DNA of 64,000 nt from an uncultured Candidatus Saccharibacteria bacterium (GTDB taxonomy: Bacteria; Patescibacteriota; Minisyncoccia; Phycocordibacterales; UBA9973), in assembly GCA_964544225.1 (NCBI GenBank), contig CAZIZK010000003.1, forward strand, positions 8,419 to 72,418, given 5' to 3'. Shown one piece after another: positions 17,777 to 28,641 of this stretch; position 1 is the first letter of the stretch, and every line of letters begins with the position of its first letter. Position numbers and translations under genes: made by a program. The notes under the pieces were generated by a model. The model made no database searches. It was not told the DNA's origin and saw nothing but the letters and a program-made list of their open reading frames with translations.

Positions 17777-19102
17777 CTAATCAAAGTAATTCTTTAATCG
17801 AGCGATCTTCTCATTATGGCGAAGCTTCTCATGCACCTTGGCCTCGATCTGGCGGATACGTTCACGAGTAACACCAAAGTCTGTACCTACTTCTTCGAGT
17901 GTGTGTTGTACACCGTCTATCAATCCATAACGAAGTTCCAATATCTTTCTTTCTTTTGGAGTCAATTCAGATAGGACCTCTTTGATCTGATCAGATAGTA
18001 TACGACGTGAAGCGTCTTGGTCTGGGCGCAATATCTTGTCATCGGGGATGAACTCACCACGTGTAGACTTCTCATCATCGTCACCTATTGGCTGTTCAAG
18101 TGATACAGTGTCTTGGTTGATCTGTTCTATAACGTGGATCTTCTCCACCTCCAGATTCATCTCGGTTGCTATCTCCTCGGCCAAAGGTTCACGGCCCAGG
18201 TCTTGTGACAAGCGTCGGACAACTTGTTTGTATTTAGAAATAGTTTCCACCATGTGCACTGGTATACGGATAGTACGTGACTGGTCAGCAAGTGCACGAG
18301 TGATAGACTGACGTATCCACCATGTAGCATATGTAGAGAACTTGTAACCCTTTGTCCAGTCGAACTTCTCAACTGCTTTAAACAGACCCAAGTTTCCCTC
18401 TTGGATCAGGTCAAGAAGTGTTAGGTCAGAACTACGACCAACATACTTCTTTGCGATAGATACAACTAGACGCAAGTTTGCACGGGCCAACAAGTTCTTT
18501 GCTTCCAGGTCACCCTTTTCAATTCTTCGAGCCAATTCCTTTTCTTCTGCAGCAGCGATCAATGGGTACTGACCAATTTCTTTTAGATATATCTGGATAG
18601 AGTCATATGTTGGGCTGTCTTTACTGTATTTCAGTGCGGCCTTCTCGTTCTCGCCGTCCATGTCTAGCAGGTTGCCACCTTCCAATACATCGATACCAGA
18701 CACAGCCAACTTCTCGTACAATTCGTCTAGAAATAATATATTGTTCTCAATATCTGGAAAAGTCTTTATGATCTCGTCATAAGTTACGAAGCCCCTCTTC
18801 TTACCCTTCTCTATTACTTCGTTAGACTTTACTTCAAGCTCGAGAGCTTTGCGTTCAGCTGATGTAGCTTTTAAAGATTTTGGAGCTTTTTCCTTCTTTG
18901 GGGCTTTAACGGTGGCTTTCACAACCTTCTTTACGGGCTTCTTTACAACTTTCTTTACAGGCTTCTTTACCACCTTCTTTATAGGCTTCTTTGCCACCTT
19001 CTTTATAGGCTTCTTTATAACCTTCTTCACAACTTTCTTTATAGGCTTCTTTATAACCTTCTTCACAACTTTCTTTGTAGATTTTGTATTTTTCTTTTTC
19101 AT
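17777..19102 (-). CDS. rpoD: Primary RNA polymerase sigma factor with a Lys-rich repetitive N-terminus
   Basis: [59 protein letters not shown]. Confidence 0.96.
   Translation of the reverse strand: MKKKNTKSTKKVVKKVIKKPIKKVVKKVIKKPIKKVAKKPIKKVVKKPVKKVVKKPVKKVVKATVKAPKKEKAPKSLKATSAERKALELEVKSNEVIEKGKKRGFVTYDEIIKTFPDIENNILFLDELYEKLAVSGIDVLEGGNLLDMDGENEKAALKYSKDSPTYDSIQIYLKEIGQYPLIAAAEEKELARRIEKGDLEAKNLLARANLRLVVSIAKKYVGRSSDLTLLDLIQEGNLGLFKAVEKFDWTKGYKFSTYATWWIRQSITRALADQSRTIRIPVHMVETISKYKQVVRRLSQDLGREPLAEEIATEMNLEVEKIHVIEQINQDTVSLEQPIGDDDEKSTRGEFIPDDKILRPDQDASRRILSDQIKEVLSELTPKERKILELRYGLIDGVQHTLEEVGTDFGVTRERIRQIEAKVHEKLRHNEKIARLKNYFD
18915..19080 (-). repeat. Coding tandem repeat (~24-bp units, KK[PV][IV]KKV[VAI]) in the rpoD N-terminus
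   Basis: [53 protein letters not shown]. Confidence 0.85.
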
Positions 19103-19118
19103 ATTATTTTATATAAAA

Positions 19119-20897
19119 TTATTGCGATCGACGACTTTTAATATTTTGTACCCTTGTAACTATGTTTTGATATTGTTTCAATAAATCTTTTGCTTTGTCT
19201 ATTTCACCACTTATTTCATAATTATTCATATTTACTTTTATATCAATCAGTTTTTCTTGCAGTATCGCTTCTTCCAAGTTCAGGGCAAGTTCGGATACAT
19301 CTTTCATCATCTTATCATTGTTACCTCCGTACCACATCTCTGTTTCGAGTGACAATGCCTCTGTCGCTATCTCATACTTCTTTCTTATATTATTATATAC
19401 ATCATTACCTATCGTATCGATAAATTCATCTACACGTTTCTTCAAAATATCTTCGGGCCAGTTCTTTGATTCTTGTTGTAGTACGATACCGAAGAATTGC
19501 TTTTCTATACTTGATTTCCTAGAACCGGTATCAAGAGTATTGGAAACATTATTATCTTTTACAATATCTACTGTATTTATTTTATGAGTTGATTGATAAA
19601 CTTCAAAATCCTTCATCAATGCGCTCTCGGGTATGTTGGTCTTGCTATTTATCTCTTTTATATATGTGGCTTGGTCTATAGCGCTCTTAGAAGCGTTAAT
19701 ATAAGGGAATACTATCTCACGTATCTGCCTACCTTTCATACGCATATCGTCGGTATTGCTACATATACGATCAATATAGAAACTTATTATATTAGTTGCT
19801 TTACGAAGTATCTCCTTCCAAGTGTTTGCATCTACCTTGATAATGTCAGCTGGGTCTTGGCCTTCTGGCAATACGGCTATCTTTACTTGCATATCTAAAG
19901 ACAAAGCGATCAATGCACTACGGCCCGCTGCTCGCACCCCTGCAGAGTCACCGTCAAATGCAAAGATAACATTAGAAGTCATACGTCGGATCAAACCTAG
20001 ATTATTGAGTGTATTGTTCGCATCGACAGTTGTAGATGACAAAGCTGTGCCAGACACGGCCACAGTATTGTCGATACCTATCTGGTGCGACATCAATAAA
20101 TCTAACTGCCCTTCTACAACTACGGCATAACCCTTCTTCCTTATTGCAAGTTTGGCTTTATCAATACCAAACAATACATTACCTTTGTTAAATATAGGTG
20201 TATCTGGGCTGTTGATATACTTTGCTTCGTCAGCTTCATCTCGGCCAAATATACGCCCAGAGAACGCTATAACCCGGCCACTGGTATCACTGATCGGGAA
20301 CATTATGCGTCCACGAAAACGATCATAGAAGCTGGCTTTGCCATCAGCATCCTTCTTTTCACCTCTTTTTATTAATCCAGCACGCTCAATATCTGCCTCT
20401 TTAAAGCCTTTCTTTATCAAATGATCAGACACGCTACGCCACTCTTGCGGAGCAAAGCCAACTCTGAAGTTCGCAATAGTTTCGTCTGTCAGCCCCCTTT
20501 CATGCAAATATTTATTCGCTTCATTATTTAACTTTAGCTTGTCTTCAAAGTAGACAGTGGCCTCCTCCATTATCCTATACAATGCTTCGCGCGCGTCGGC
20601 GACCTCTTGGGTCTCATACACAAGAGGTACGCCTGCACGAGTAGCGAGAGTTTTCAGAGCTCCACGGAAATCCACTCCTTCGAAATTTTCAACAAATGCG
20701 AATATGTCCCCCTTGGCACTACAGCCGAAACAATAATAACTATTGCGTTCAGTGGAAACAAAGAAAGATGGTGTCTTTTCATTGTGAAATGGACACTTTG
20801 CTTTGTAATTTACCCCCGAAGGTTCTAACGTTATATATGAAGATATTACATCAGCGATCGAGAGCCTTTCTTTGATCTGCTCGACAGGTGTGGACAT
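19119..20897 (-). CDS. dnaG: DNA primase
   Basis: CPFHNEKTPSF, YCFGC, DRFRGRIMFPI, KYINSPDT, VVEGQLD, FDGDSAG. Confidence 0.96.
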   Translation of the reverse strand: MSTPVEQIKERLSIADVISSYITLEPSGVNYKAKCPFHNEKTPSFFVSTERNSYYCFGCSAKGDIFAFVENFEGVDFRGALKTLATRAGVPLVYETQEVADAREALYRIMEEATVYFEDKLKLNNEANKYLHERGLTDETIANFRVGFAPQEWRSVSDHLIKKGFKEADIERAGLIKRGEKKDADGKASFYDRFRGRIMFPISDTSGRVIAFSGRIFGRDEADEAKYINSPDTPIFNKGNVLFGIDKAKLAIRKKGYAVVVEGQLDLLMSHQIGIDNTVAVSGTALSSTTVDANNTLNNLGLIRRMTSNVIFAFDGDSAGVRAAGRSALIALSLDMQVKIAVLPEGQDPADIIKVDANTWKEILRKATNIISFYIDRICSNTDDMRMKGRQIREIVFPYINASKSAIDQATYIKEINSKTNIPESALMKDFEVYQSTHKINTVDIVKDNNVSNTLDTGSRKSSIEKQFFGIVLQQESKNWPEDILKKRVDEFIDTIGNDVYNNIRKKYEIATEALSLETEMWYGGNNDKMMKDVSELALNLEEAILQEKLIDIKVNMNNYEISGEIDKAKDLLKQYQNIVTRVQNIKSRRSQ

Positions 20898-20905
20898 TGA
20901 TTTAA

Positions 20906-23900
20906 TTATGCCTCGTTAACAATTACTTCGTTCTCTGCTGGCACTACTTCTATCTTTTTTGGTTGCTTCTTTACACCGAATCCTGTACCAGCTGGTATCA
21001 AGTTACCGATGATAACATTTTCTTTTAGTCCACGTAGGTTGTCTACTCCTCCACGAACAGCGTTAGTGATCAATACACGGTTTGTGTTCTGGAATGATGC
21101 AGCAGATAGCCATGACTTTGTAGTCAAAGATACTTCAGAAATACCTAGCACGATTGTCTCTGCCATCGCAGGGCGACCCTCGCTCTCTGCATGTACGCGA
21201 TCATTCTCTTCGATCAATTCTATAGATTCGACTATCTCACCTGGTGAGAATGTTGTATCGCCGGCATCCTTCACGCGCTTACGTGAGAAAATCTGACGGA
21301 TAATGATTTCGATATGCTTACGAGAGATAGATGCACTCTGTAGGTCATAGACTTTGTTGATTTCGTTTACGATATATTCTTCAGCCATTTCCTTGCCACC
21401 GTATTTAACGATTTCGTTAATATCAGCAGAACCGTCTGTGAGCAACTGACCCTTCACAACCTTATCACCAGCCTTTACAACGTTCTGACGACGGAATGCA
21501 ACTGTATACTCTATCTCATTATCTTTACCATCGTTCTTTGAGTCAGATAGAACCTTGATCAACTTCTCTTTACCATTTGATGTTACTTCTAGAACCTCGC
21601 CGTCTGTACGAGAAACGATCGCAGGGTTCTTTGGCATACGACGTTCGAAGATTTCTTCGACACGAGGTAGACCTGTAGTAATGTCGACTGTGGCCACACC
21701 TCCGGCGTGGAATGTACGAAGTGTTAGCTGTGTACCTGGTTCACCGATAGCTTGCGCTGCGATGATACCTACAGCCTGACCCTTCTCGATCAAACAGTTA
21801 CGTCCTAGATCAAGACCGTAACAAGTACGACATATACCATGTATAACTTCACAAGCAAGTGGTGAGCGAACATTAGCTTCTGTAACACCTGCTGTTTCCA
21901 TTGCTTTACCATCTTCTTTTGTTATTAGAGCTCCCTTCTTGAACATTACATTACCACTTGGATCTTTTACTTCAGAAAGTAGTACACGTCCAGTTACGAA
22001 CTTTGCAAAAACTCCATCAACTGCACGTACGATCTTGCCGTTCTTTGTACCACAATCATCTTCTGTAACAACCACGTCTTGAGCAACGTCTACCAAACGA
22101 CGTGTTAGGTAACCAGCCTTTGCAGTATTTAGCGCAGTGTCGGCTAGACCCTTACGTGAACCGTGAGTAGTGATAAAGTATTCAAGCGGTGATAGACCTT
22201 CGATATATGAAGGGATAACTGGGAAGTCGAGTGTCTGACCAGAAGTGTTCACGATCAAACCGATCATTCCACACATCTGTGCAAGTGATGCTGTGTTACC
22301 ACGGGCACCTGATGTAACTAGGTCGTATGTAGATCCACGAGTATCAAGTGTAGCTGGGATCAACTTCTCGATCTCTTTCTTTGCACGCTCCCAGATCTCG
22401 ATTACCTTCTCCATCTTTTCCTCTTCTGAAAGAAGACCGTCGTTGTATTGATCTTGCACCTGCTCCTCTTCCTTTCGAGAATTTTCTAGAATACCTTTTT
22501 TTCCTTCTGGAACACGGATATTGTCTATACCCCAAGTAACTCCAGAATATGTAGCATAGCGGAAACCGAAAGCCTTGATATTGTCTAGAACTTTTGGAGT
22601 AGCATCGATACCATAGTGCATGATAATCTCGTCTATTAATGTGATCATTCTCTTTATTGTGATTTCTTCATTTAGGTATGGGAAGTCTTCTGGCAAGATA
22701 CTGTTGAAGAACAATTTACCAACTGTTGTTTCAAATATTTTACCTTCGAATTGTGCATACTTTGCTTTGTCACTAGGTAACACTTTGATCTTTGCACGGA
22801 AAGTAATAGCGTTCAAGTCAAAGGCAGTGATAGCTTGGTTCGGAGTTGAGAAATACATGCCCTCACCCTTTTCACCTGGAACTTCTTTTGTCATCCAGTA
22901 ACATCCAAGAACAATATCCATCTTTGGGTTCACGATAGGTGCACCGTCCTGAGGCTTTAGCAAGTTCTTGTTAGCAGCCATGTATTCCTTTGCTTCACTC
23001 TGAGCTTCGTCAGAAAGAGGAACGTATACAGCCATCTGGTCACCGTCGAAGTCAGCGTTGAAACCTGTACATACAAGTGGGTGAACCTGGATAGCATTAC
23101 CTTCGATAAGTATTGGGTTGAAAGCCTGTATTCCTAGGCGGTGCAAAGTCGGAGCACGGTTTAGCAATACGTATTTACCTTTGATCACTTCTTCAAGTAT
23201 TGCCCAAACTTCTGGCACACCTTCTTCTATTAGGCGGTTCGCACCACGAATATTGTAAGCTAACTCGCCTTCCAATATCTTTGATATTACGAATGGGCGG
23301 AATAGTTCCAAAGCCATGTGCTTTGGCAAACCACATTGGTTCAGTTTAAGCTGTGGACCAACCACAATAACAGAACGTCCAGAGTAGTCTACACGCTTAC
23401 CGAGCAAGTTCTGACGGAACAGACCTTGTTTACTCTTCAGGTTGTCAGACAAAGACTTGAGTGCACGCTTCTGACTTGCAGACACAGCCTGTGAGTCATT
23501 CTGCTTTGCTATAGAGTTGTCGATGAGTGCATCAACTGCTTCTTGCAAGATACGCTTTTCATTACGCAAGATAACATCTGGCGCACCTATTTCCTTCAAC
23601 TTTCGTAGACGGTTGTTACGGTTGATAACACGACGGTAAAGGTCGTTGATATCACTTGTTGCATGACGTCCTCCATCCAGGGCCACCATCGGGCGCAATG
23701 CTGGTGGTATAACAGGGATCACGTTTAGGAACATCCATTCTGGACGGATCTTTGAGTAAAGCATAGAGCGGATAAGTGACATGCGCTTTTCCAACTTCTC
23801 CTTTTCTATTGCACTTGCCTTTGGAATCATAGCTTCTGTCTCGGCCTTCAACTTGTTCAAGTCTAAAGTTTTGAATATGTTAAATATTGCTTCAGCACCG

Positions 23901-24538
23901 ATACTCGCTTCGAAACAACTACCATACTTCAGTGAGAAGTGGTGGTATGATATTTCATTTAGAACTTTACCTGTGTGAATGTCGCTGATCTCGCGCTTTG
24001 TGTTTAGCAACAATTCCTTCAATTTTTCCTTTGACTCTTCGTCACCTGCTGACTTTATCTTTGCCTTGAATTCACTTTCCAAGTTCTTGATAACTTCATC
24101 CTTTTCATCTTGGTGAACCTTTGTGATTATGTATCCAGCAAAGTATATAACCTTTTCCAAGTCTGATACTGGTATGTTCAGCAATATAGACATACGTGAT
24201 GGAACACCACGTAGGAACCAGATATGTGCTACAGGACTTGCCAATTCGATATGACCCATACGTTCACGACGAACGATTGACCTTGTAACTTCAACTCCAC
24301 ACTTTTCACACACTATATCCTTGTAGCGGATACGTCGGTATTTACCACAGTAACATTCGTAATCTTTCTCTGGTCCAAATATGCGCTCATCGAACAAACC
24401 ATTGCGTTCTGAACGACCTGTACGGTAGTTGATAGTCTCTGGCTTTGTAACTTCACCGAATGACCACTCACGCATACGCTCAGGTGATGCGAGCTTTAGA
24501 TGTATTGAGTTAAAATCTGTTGTATCAATTGTTTTCAT
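20906..24538 (-). CDS. rpoC: RNA polymerase beta' subunit
   Basis: NADFDGDQM, LLGKRVDYSGRSVIV, GEPGTQLTLRTFH. Confidence 0.98.
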   Translation of the reverse strand: MKTIDTTDFNSIHLKLASPERMREWSFGEVTKPETINYRTGRSERNGLFDERIFGPEKDYECYCGKYRRIRYKDIVCEKCGVEVTRSIVRRERMGHIELASPVAHIWFLRGVPSRMSILLNIPVSDLEKVIYFAGYIITKVHQDEKDEVIKNLESEFKAKIKSAGDEESKEKLKELLLNTKREISDIHTGKVLNEISYHHFSLKYGSCFEASIGAEAIFNIFKTLDLNKLKAETEAMIPKASAIEKEKLEKRMSLIRSMLYSKIRPEWMFLNVIPVIPPALRPMVALDGGRHATSDINDLYRRVINRNNRLRKLKEIGAPDVILRNEKRILQEAVDALIDNSIAKQNDSQAVSASQKRALKSLSDNLKSKQGLFRQNLLGKRVDYSGRSVIVVGPQLKLNQCGLPKHMALELFRPFVISKILEGELAYNIRGANRLIEEGVPEVWAILEEVIKGKYVLLNRAPTLHRLGIQAFNPILIEGNAIQVHPLVCTGFNADFDGDQMAVYVPLSDEAQSEAKEYMAANKNLLKPQDGAPIVNPKMDIVLGCYWMTKEVPGEKGEGMYFSTPNQAITAFDLNAITFRAKIKVLPSDKAKYAQFEGKIFETTVGKLFFNSILPEDFPYLNEEITIKRMITLIDEIIMHYGIDATPKVLDNIKAFGFRYATYSGVTWGIDNIRVPEGKKGILENSRKEEEQVQDQYNDGLLSEEEKMEKVIEIWERAKKEIEKLIPATLDTRGSTYDLVTSGARGNTASLAQMCGMIGLIVNTSGQTLDFPVIPSYIEGLSPLEYFITTHGSRKGLADTALNTAKAGYLTRRLVDVAQDVVVTEDDCGTKNGKIVRAVDGVFAKFVTGRVLLSEVKDPSGNVMFKKGALITKEDGKAMETAGVTEANVRSPLACEVIHGICRTCYGLDLGRNCLIEKGQAVGIIAAQAIGEPGTQLTLRTFHAGGVATVDITTGLPRVEEIFERRMPKNPAIVSRTDGEVLEVTSNGKEKLIKVLSDSKNDGKDNEIEYTVAFRRQNVVKAGDKVVKGQLLTDGSADINEIVKYGGKEMAEEYIVNEINKVYDLQSASISRKHIEIIIRQIFSRKRVKDAGDTTFSPGEIVESIELIEENDRVHAESEGRPAMAETIVLGISEVSLTTKSWLSAASFQNTNRVLITNAVRGGVDNLRGLKENVIIGNLIPAGTGFGVKKQPKKIEVVPAENEVIVNEA

Positions 24539-24560
24539 ATATTTTTATTGATTTAGATTA

Positions 24561-27500
24561 TTATTTATTAAGAGTTTCGTCATTCTTCAAGTCGACATCA
24601 AGAGCAAGTCCACGTAGGTAGTTAAGCATCACTGAGAATGAAGCTGGGACATTTGGCTCACCGATAGGTAGACCCTTAATAATTGCATCGAATGTCTGCG
24701 ATCGACCCATTATATCGTCAGACTTTATTGTTAACATTTCACGAAGTGTATAAGCAGCACCATGACCCTCCAACGCCCACACCTCCATTTCTCCGAATCT
24801 CTGACCTCCACCTTGTGCTTTACCGCCAAGAGGTTGCTGTGTGATAAGTGAGTATGGACCAATAGAACGCATGTGAAGTTTGTCTTCCACCATGTGGTGA
24901 AGCTTCAACATATACATGTATCCAACTGCAATATCCTGGTCAAATGCGTCACCTGTACGTCCGTCATATAGTGCTACGCGGCCATTCTCTGGCATACCTG
25001 CCTTTACCAATTCTTCCTTTATTTCAGTAACACTTGCAGATGAGAATGGTGGAACGATAGCTTGGTAACCCAAAGTGTTCGCAGCGTAACCAAGATGCAT
25101 TTCCAATATCTGACCCAGGTTCATACGAGATGGAACACCAAGTGGTGTAAGTATTATGTCTACTGGAGTACCGTCGGCCATGAATGGCATCTCTTCCTCT
25201 GGAAGGATTGTAGAGATAACACCCTTGTTACCGTGACGACCTGCGAGCTTGTCACCCACTGATATGTTACGGATCTGTGCAACTTCAATAACAATCCTCT
25301 TTATGATTCCAGACTCTAGGTTGTGGCCTTGGTCACGAGAGAATAATTTGATTCCAACTACGCGACCCTTCTTGCCATGTTCCAGACGCATAGATGTGTC
25401 CTTCACATCACGAGCCTTTTCAGCAAAGATAGATCGTAGCAAGCGCTCTTCTGGAGTAAGCTCGGTCTCACCCTTTGGAGTGATCTTACCTACTAGGATA
25501 TCGTTCTCGCGAACTTCAGCACCAACACGCACGATACCGTCTTCATCCAAATCTTTCAATTTATTTTCACCAACATTTGGTATGTCACGAGTAGTGATCT
25601 CGGGCCCGAGCTTTGTATCACGCACATTACATACGAACTCTGTTATATAGATACTTGTGAACTTACTTTTCTTTACCAAACGCTCTGACAATATGATCGC
25701 GTCTTCGTAGTTTGAACCACCCCATGACATGAATGCCACAAGAGCGTTCTGACCGATAGCGATCTGACCACGATCAGTAGTAGAAGTGTCGGCTAGAACC
25801 TGACCTTTCTTTACCTTGTCACCCATAGATATACTTGGGCGCTGGTGGAATACTGAGAAGTTGTTTGTACGTGAGAAGTTGATCAGTGGGTATTCATGAG
25901 CCTTGCCTTTATCATCTGTAATAACGATCCTCTTTCCATCTACGTGTGTTGCAGTACCTGCAACTTCTGCCACCACAAGGCGACCAGAGTCACGAGATGC
26001 CAATTCTTCCATACCTGTTGCAACAAGTGGAGCTTCTGGGACGATACATGGTACCGCCTGCTTTTGCATGTTACTTCCCATGAGTGCACGGTTCGCATTG
26101 TCGTGTTCTAGGAATGGGATCATAGATGTAGCAATAGAAAAAGCTTGGTTTGTAGCAACGTCTACAAAGTCTATCTCGCTCTTGTTTACGATTCCTGGCT
26201 TTGTCTTTACGCGAGCCTCTACCTTGTCCTCTAATATATTTCCTTTTTCATCATACTTCAGACCAGCGTGAGCAATGTTGTACTTCTCCTCTTCCAATGC
26301 GTTTAGGTAAACAACTTCAGAAGTAATCTTGCCTTTTACAACTTTGATATATGGAGTCTCGATTATGCCGAATTCATTGATCTTTGCATAAGTAGCCATG
26401 TGAAGTATCAAACCAATGTTTGGACCTTCTGGAGTGTGTATAGGACATACACGGCCGTAGTGTGAAGTGTGCACGTCACGAACTTCCAAGCCTGCACGTT
26501 CACGTGTAAGACCTCCTGGTCCAAGCGCTGAAAGAATACGCAAATGCTCTACTTCGGCCATTACGTTTTCCTGGTTCATGAATTGTGATAGTTGGTTCGC
26601 AGTAAAGAACTCCTTTATACGAGCCTGTAGTGGGCGCTGGTTGATGATCTGGATAGGCATAGTTGTCGCTACATCTATAGTAGACATACGGTCCTGAACA
26701 TTACGCTTTATCTGGGCCATACCCATGCGTACCTTTTGCTGAAGCATCTCACCTACATAACGCACACGACGCTGACCAAGGTGGTCGATATCATCTGCCT
26801 TTGCATTTGGAGTGTTATTCAATAGAACAATGTTTTCGATTATTGCTACGAGGTCATCTGAAGAGATAGTTCGGCGTTCCATTTCCTTTGCACCCATGTC
26901 CTTGTCGAAACGCTTGTTGAATCGGAAGCGTCCTACTGGTGATAGGTCGTAACGTTCACTTGAAAGAAGTGTTTTTATGAATTCACGAGCATTGTCAGGT
27001 GTTGCCAAGTCGCCATCACGTAGACGCTTGTATATTTCAAGATATGAGTCTTGTAGGTTCTTTGATGGGTCCTTTTCGAGACAAACTTTGACAGCCTTCA
27101 AAGCTTCCTCGTTCTTACCAAATGCCTTCTCTATAGATGCATCTGTGTCGAGGCCTAAAACACGCAATAGTGATGCCACACTGAACTTGCGCTTTTTGTC
27201 GATACGTACATATATGCCACCGTCTACATCAGACTCGATCTCGATCCATACACCACGTGCTGGGATGATCTTTGCTCCAAAGTAACGCTTGCCCTTTAGT
27301 TCCTGATCAGTGAAGAATACTCCAAATGATCGGGCCAACTGACCAACAATAACACGCTCTACACCGTTGATGATGAAAGTTCCGTGCTTTGTCATTAGAG
27401 GCACATCAGCCATGAATATTTCTTGCTCCTTTGATGTACCTATTGTTTTATTTAAAAGTTTTACGCGAGCCTTTAGCTGACCCTCGTAAGTTAGCTTGTT

Positions 27501-27740
27501 GATCTTTGAATACTCTTCAGTAAACTTTGGTTCACTGAGTGAGAAAGATGCAATATCAAGCTGGAACTTCTTTCCAGAATAATCCTCGATAGGAGAAAAT
27601 TCTTTAAAGACTTCCTTGATACCAGATTCAACTAACCATGTAAATGAATTTAGTTGATCGGCTATTAGATTTGGGAACTCGACCAACGGCTTTTTATACC
27701 GTGAAAAATACTTCTTCTCGCGTGTGGCTGTTTTCTTCAT
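24561..27740 (-). CDS. rpoB: RNA polymerase beta subunit
   Basis: GTFIINGVERV, NRALMGSNMQKQA, GDKLAGRHGNKGV, GGQRFGEMEVWALE. Confidence 0.98.
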   Translation of the reverse strand: MKKTATREKKYFSRYKKPLVEFPNLIADQLNSFTWLVESGIKEVFKEFSPIEDYSGKKFQLDIASFSLSEPKFTEEYSKINKLTYEGQLKARVKLLNKTIGTSKEQEIFMADVPLMTKHGTFIINGVERVIVGQLARSFGVFFTDQELKGKRYFGAKIIPARGVWIEIESDVDGGIYVRIDKKRKFSVASLLRVLGLDTDASIEKAFGKNEEALKAVKVCLEKDPSKNLQDSYLEIYKRLRDGDLATPDNAREFIKTLLSSERYDLSPVGRFRFNKRFDKDMGAKEMERRTISSDDLVAIIENIVLLNNTPNAKADDIDHLGQRRVRYVGEMLQQKVRMGMAQIKRNVQDRMSTIDVATTMPIQIINQRPLQARIKEFFTANQLSQFMNQENVMAEVEHLRILSALGPGGLTRERAGLEVRDVHTSHYGRVCPIHTPEGPNIGLILHMATYAKINEFGIIETPYIKVVKGKITSEVVYLNALEEEKYNIAHAGLKYDEKGNILEDKVEARVKTKPGIVNKSEIDFVDVATNQAFSIATSMIPFLEHDNANRALMGSNMQKQAVPCIVPEAPLVATGMEELASRDSGRLVVAEVAGTATHVDGKRIVITDDKGKAHEYPLINFSRTNNFSVFHQRPSISMGDKVKKGQVLADTSTTDRGQIAIGQNALVAFMSWGGSNYEDAIILSERLVKKSKFTSIYITEFVCNVRDTKLGPEITTRDIPNVGENKLKDLDEDGIVRVGAEVRENDILVGKITPKGETELTPEERLLRSIFAEKARDVKDTSMRLEHGKKGRVVGIKLFSRDQGHNLESGIIKRIVIEVAQIRNISVGDKLAGRHGNKGVISTILPEEEMPFMADGTPVDIILTPLGVPSRMNLGQILEMHLGYAANTLGYQAIVPPFSSASVTEIKEELVKAGMPENGRVALYDGRTGDAFDQDIAVGYMYMLKLHHMVEDKLHMRSIGPYSLITQQPLGGKAQGGGQRFGEMEVWALEGHGAAYTLREMLTIKSDDIMGRSQTFDAIIKGLPIGEPNVPASFSVMLNYLRGLALDVDLKNDETLNK

Positions 27741-27903
27741 ATTTTAAGAAAATTAAAACAAAAAATTCCATTTGTATAAATACAAACAAAATACCTTTGT
27801 TCAGGCTATTAATTTAACTTGATAATAGTGAGGTTTTTATAGAGAAAATCCTCTTTACACGTGATCGAATGGCCCATAACTCAATCAGTTCAATCTGGTT
27901 CCT

Positions 27904-27932
27904 ATCTTATATTAAAAGGCCCCAAATGTCAA
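27904..27932 (-). promoter_or_regulatory. Promoter of rpoB-rpoC-dnaG-rpoD
   Basis: TTGACA, 17 nt, TAAGAT on the minus strand. Confidence 0.7.
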
Positions 27933-28126
27933 ATTATACACTGATTAACCCACCAGACAGTGCTTTAGGCACGGGCTGGATAGTGACCGGGTCTCTATCT
28001 GGGGATAAGTAATTTGGTATTATAGGGGTTATGGTGTACAATTTCTTTAATTTGGGTACGTCCTTTATCGGACAAATAGTGTACCTCGACAACCACATAA
28101 TTTCTAACCCTTTAATAAAATAAAAA

Positions 28127-28552
28127 ATGGAAAAACTTCCTTACAACGTGATGTTTATCTCTGTGTCTGAATACACAGGAAAAGAAAACGGTATTCAAAA
28201 TACCAACAAGTGTCAAAAGACAAAAAGAATTGTGGACTCAGTAAAAAATGAGATCCAAAACAACAAACCAATTTTGTATGGAGGATTATTTTCCGAGGGC
28301 AACAAGTATGCAAAGCATGCACAAGAAGAACTCCAAAAAGTATTAGAGTACGCAATATTACCTTGTAAAGATCTTGCGTGGGGTCTATTAGATCGAATTC
28401 AAATGTGTGTACCACGTGTGTCACCAGACGCTAATGGGCATGTTGTAATTATTACTGACAAAGAAACAGTAAAAAAGCTTACTGAATCTTTGGAATTAAT
28501 TCCAACACCGTATGGAGCCATTTTAACTGCCTCTCAAACAAGTGAGCAGTGA
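28127..28552 (+). CDS. Hypothetical protein
   Basis: 141-aa ORF after an A-rich leader, followed by an inverted repeat (ACAGAACTG..CAGTTCTGT). Confidence 0.7.
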   Translation: MEKLPYNVMFISVSEYTGKENGIQNTNKCQKTKRIVDSVKNEIQNNKPILYGGLFSEGNKYAKHAQEELQKVLEYAILPCKDLAWGLLDRIQMCVPRVSPDANGHVVIITDKETVKKLTESLELIPTPYGAILTASQTSEQ

Positions 28553-28641
28553 GCCTTTTTAAAAAGGTTAGAACAATGCATTTACAGAACTGAAATAACC
28601 AAAACCAGTTCTGTTTTTATTTTTATACAAATTATTTTAAA

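Noticed and set aside
18915-19080. Possible CRISPR-like repeat array
   Set aside because: These are tandem coding repeats without unique spacers, and no cas genes are present in the window.
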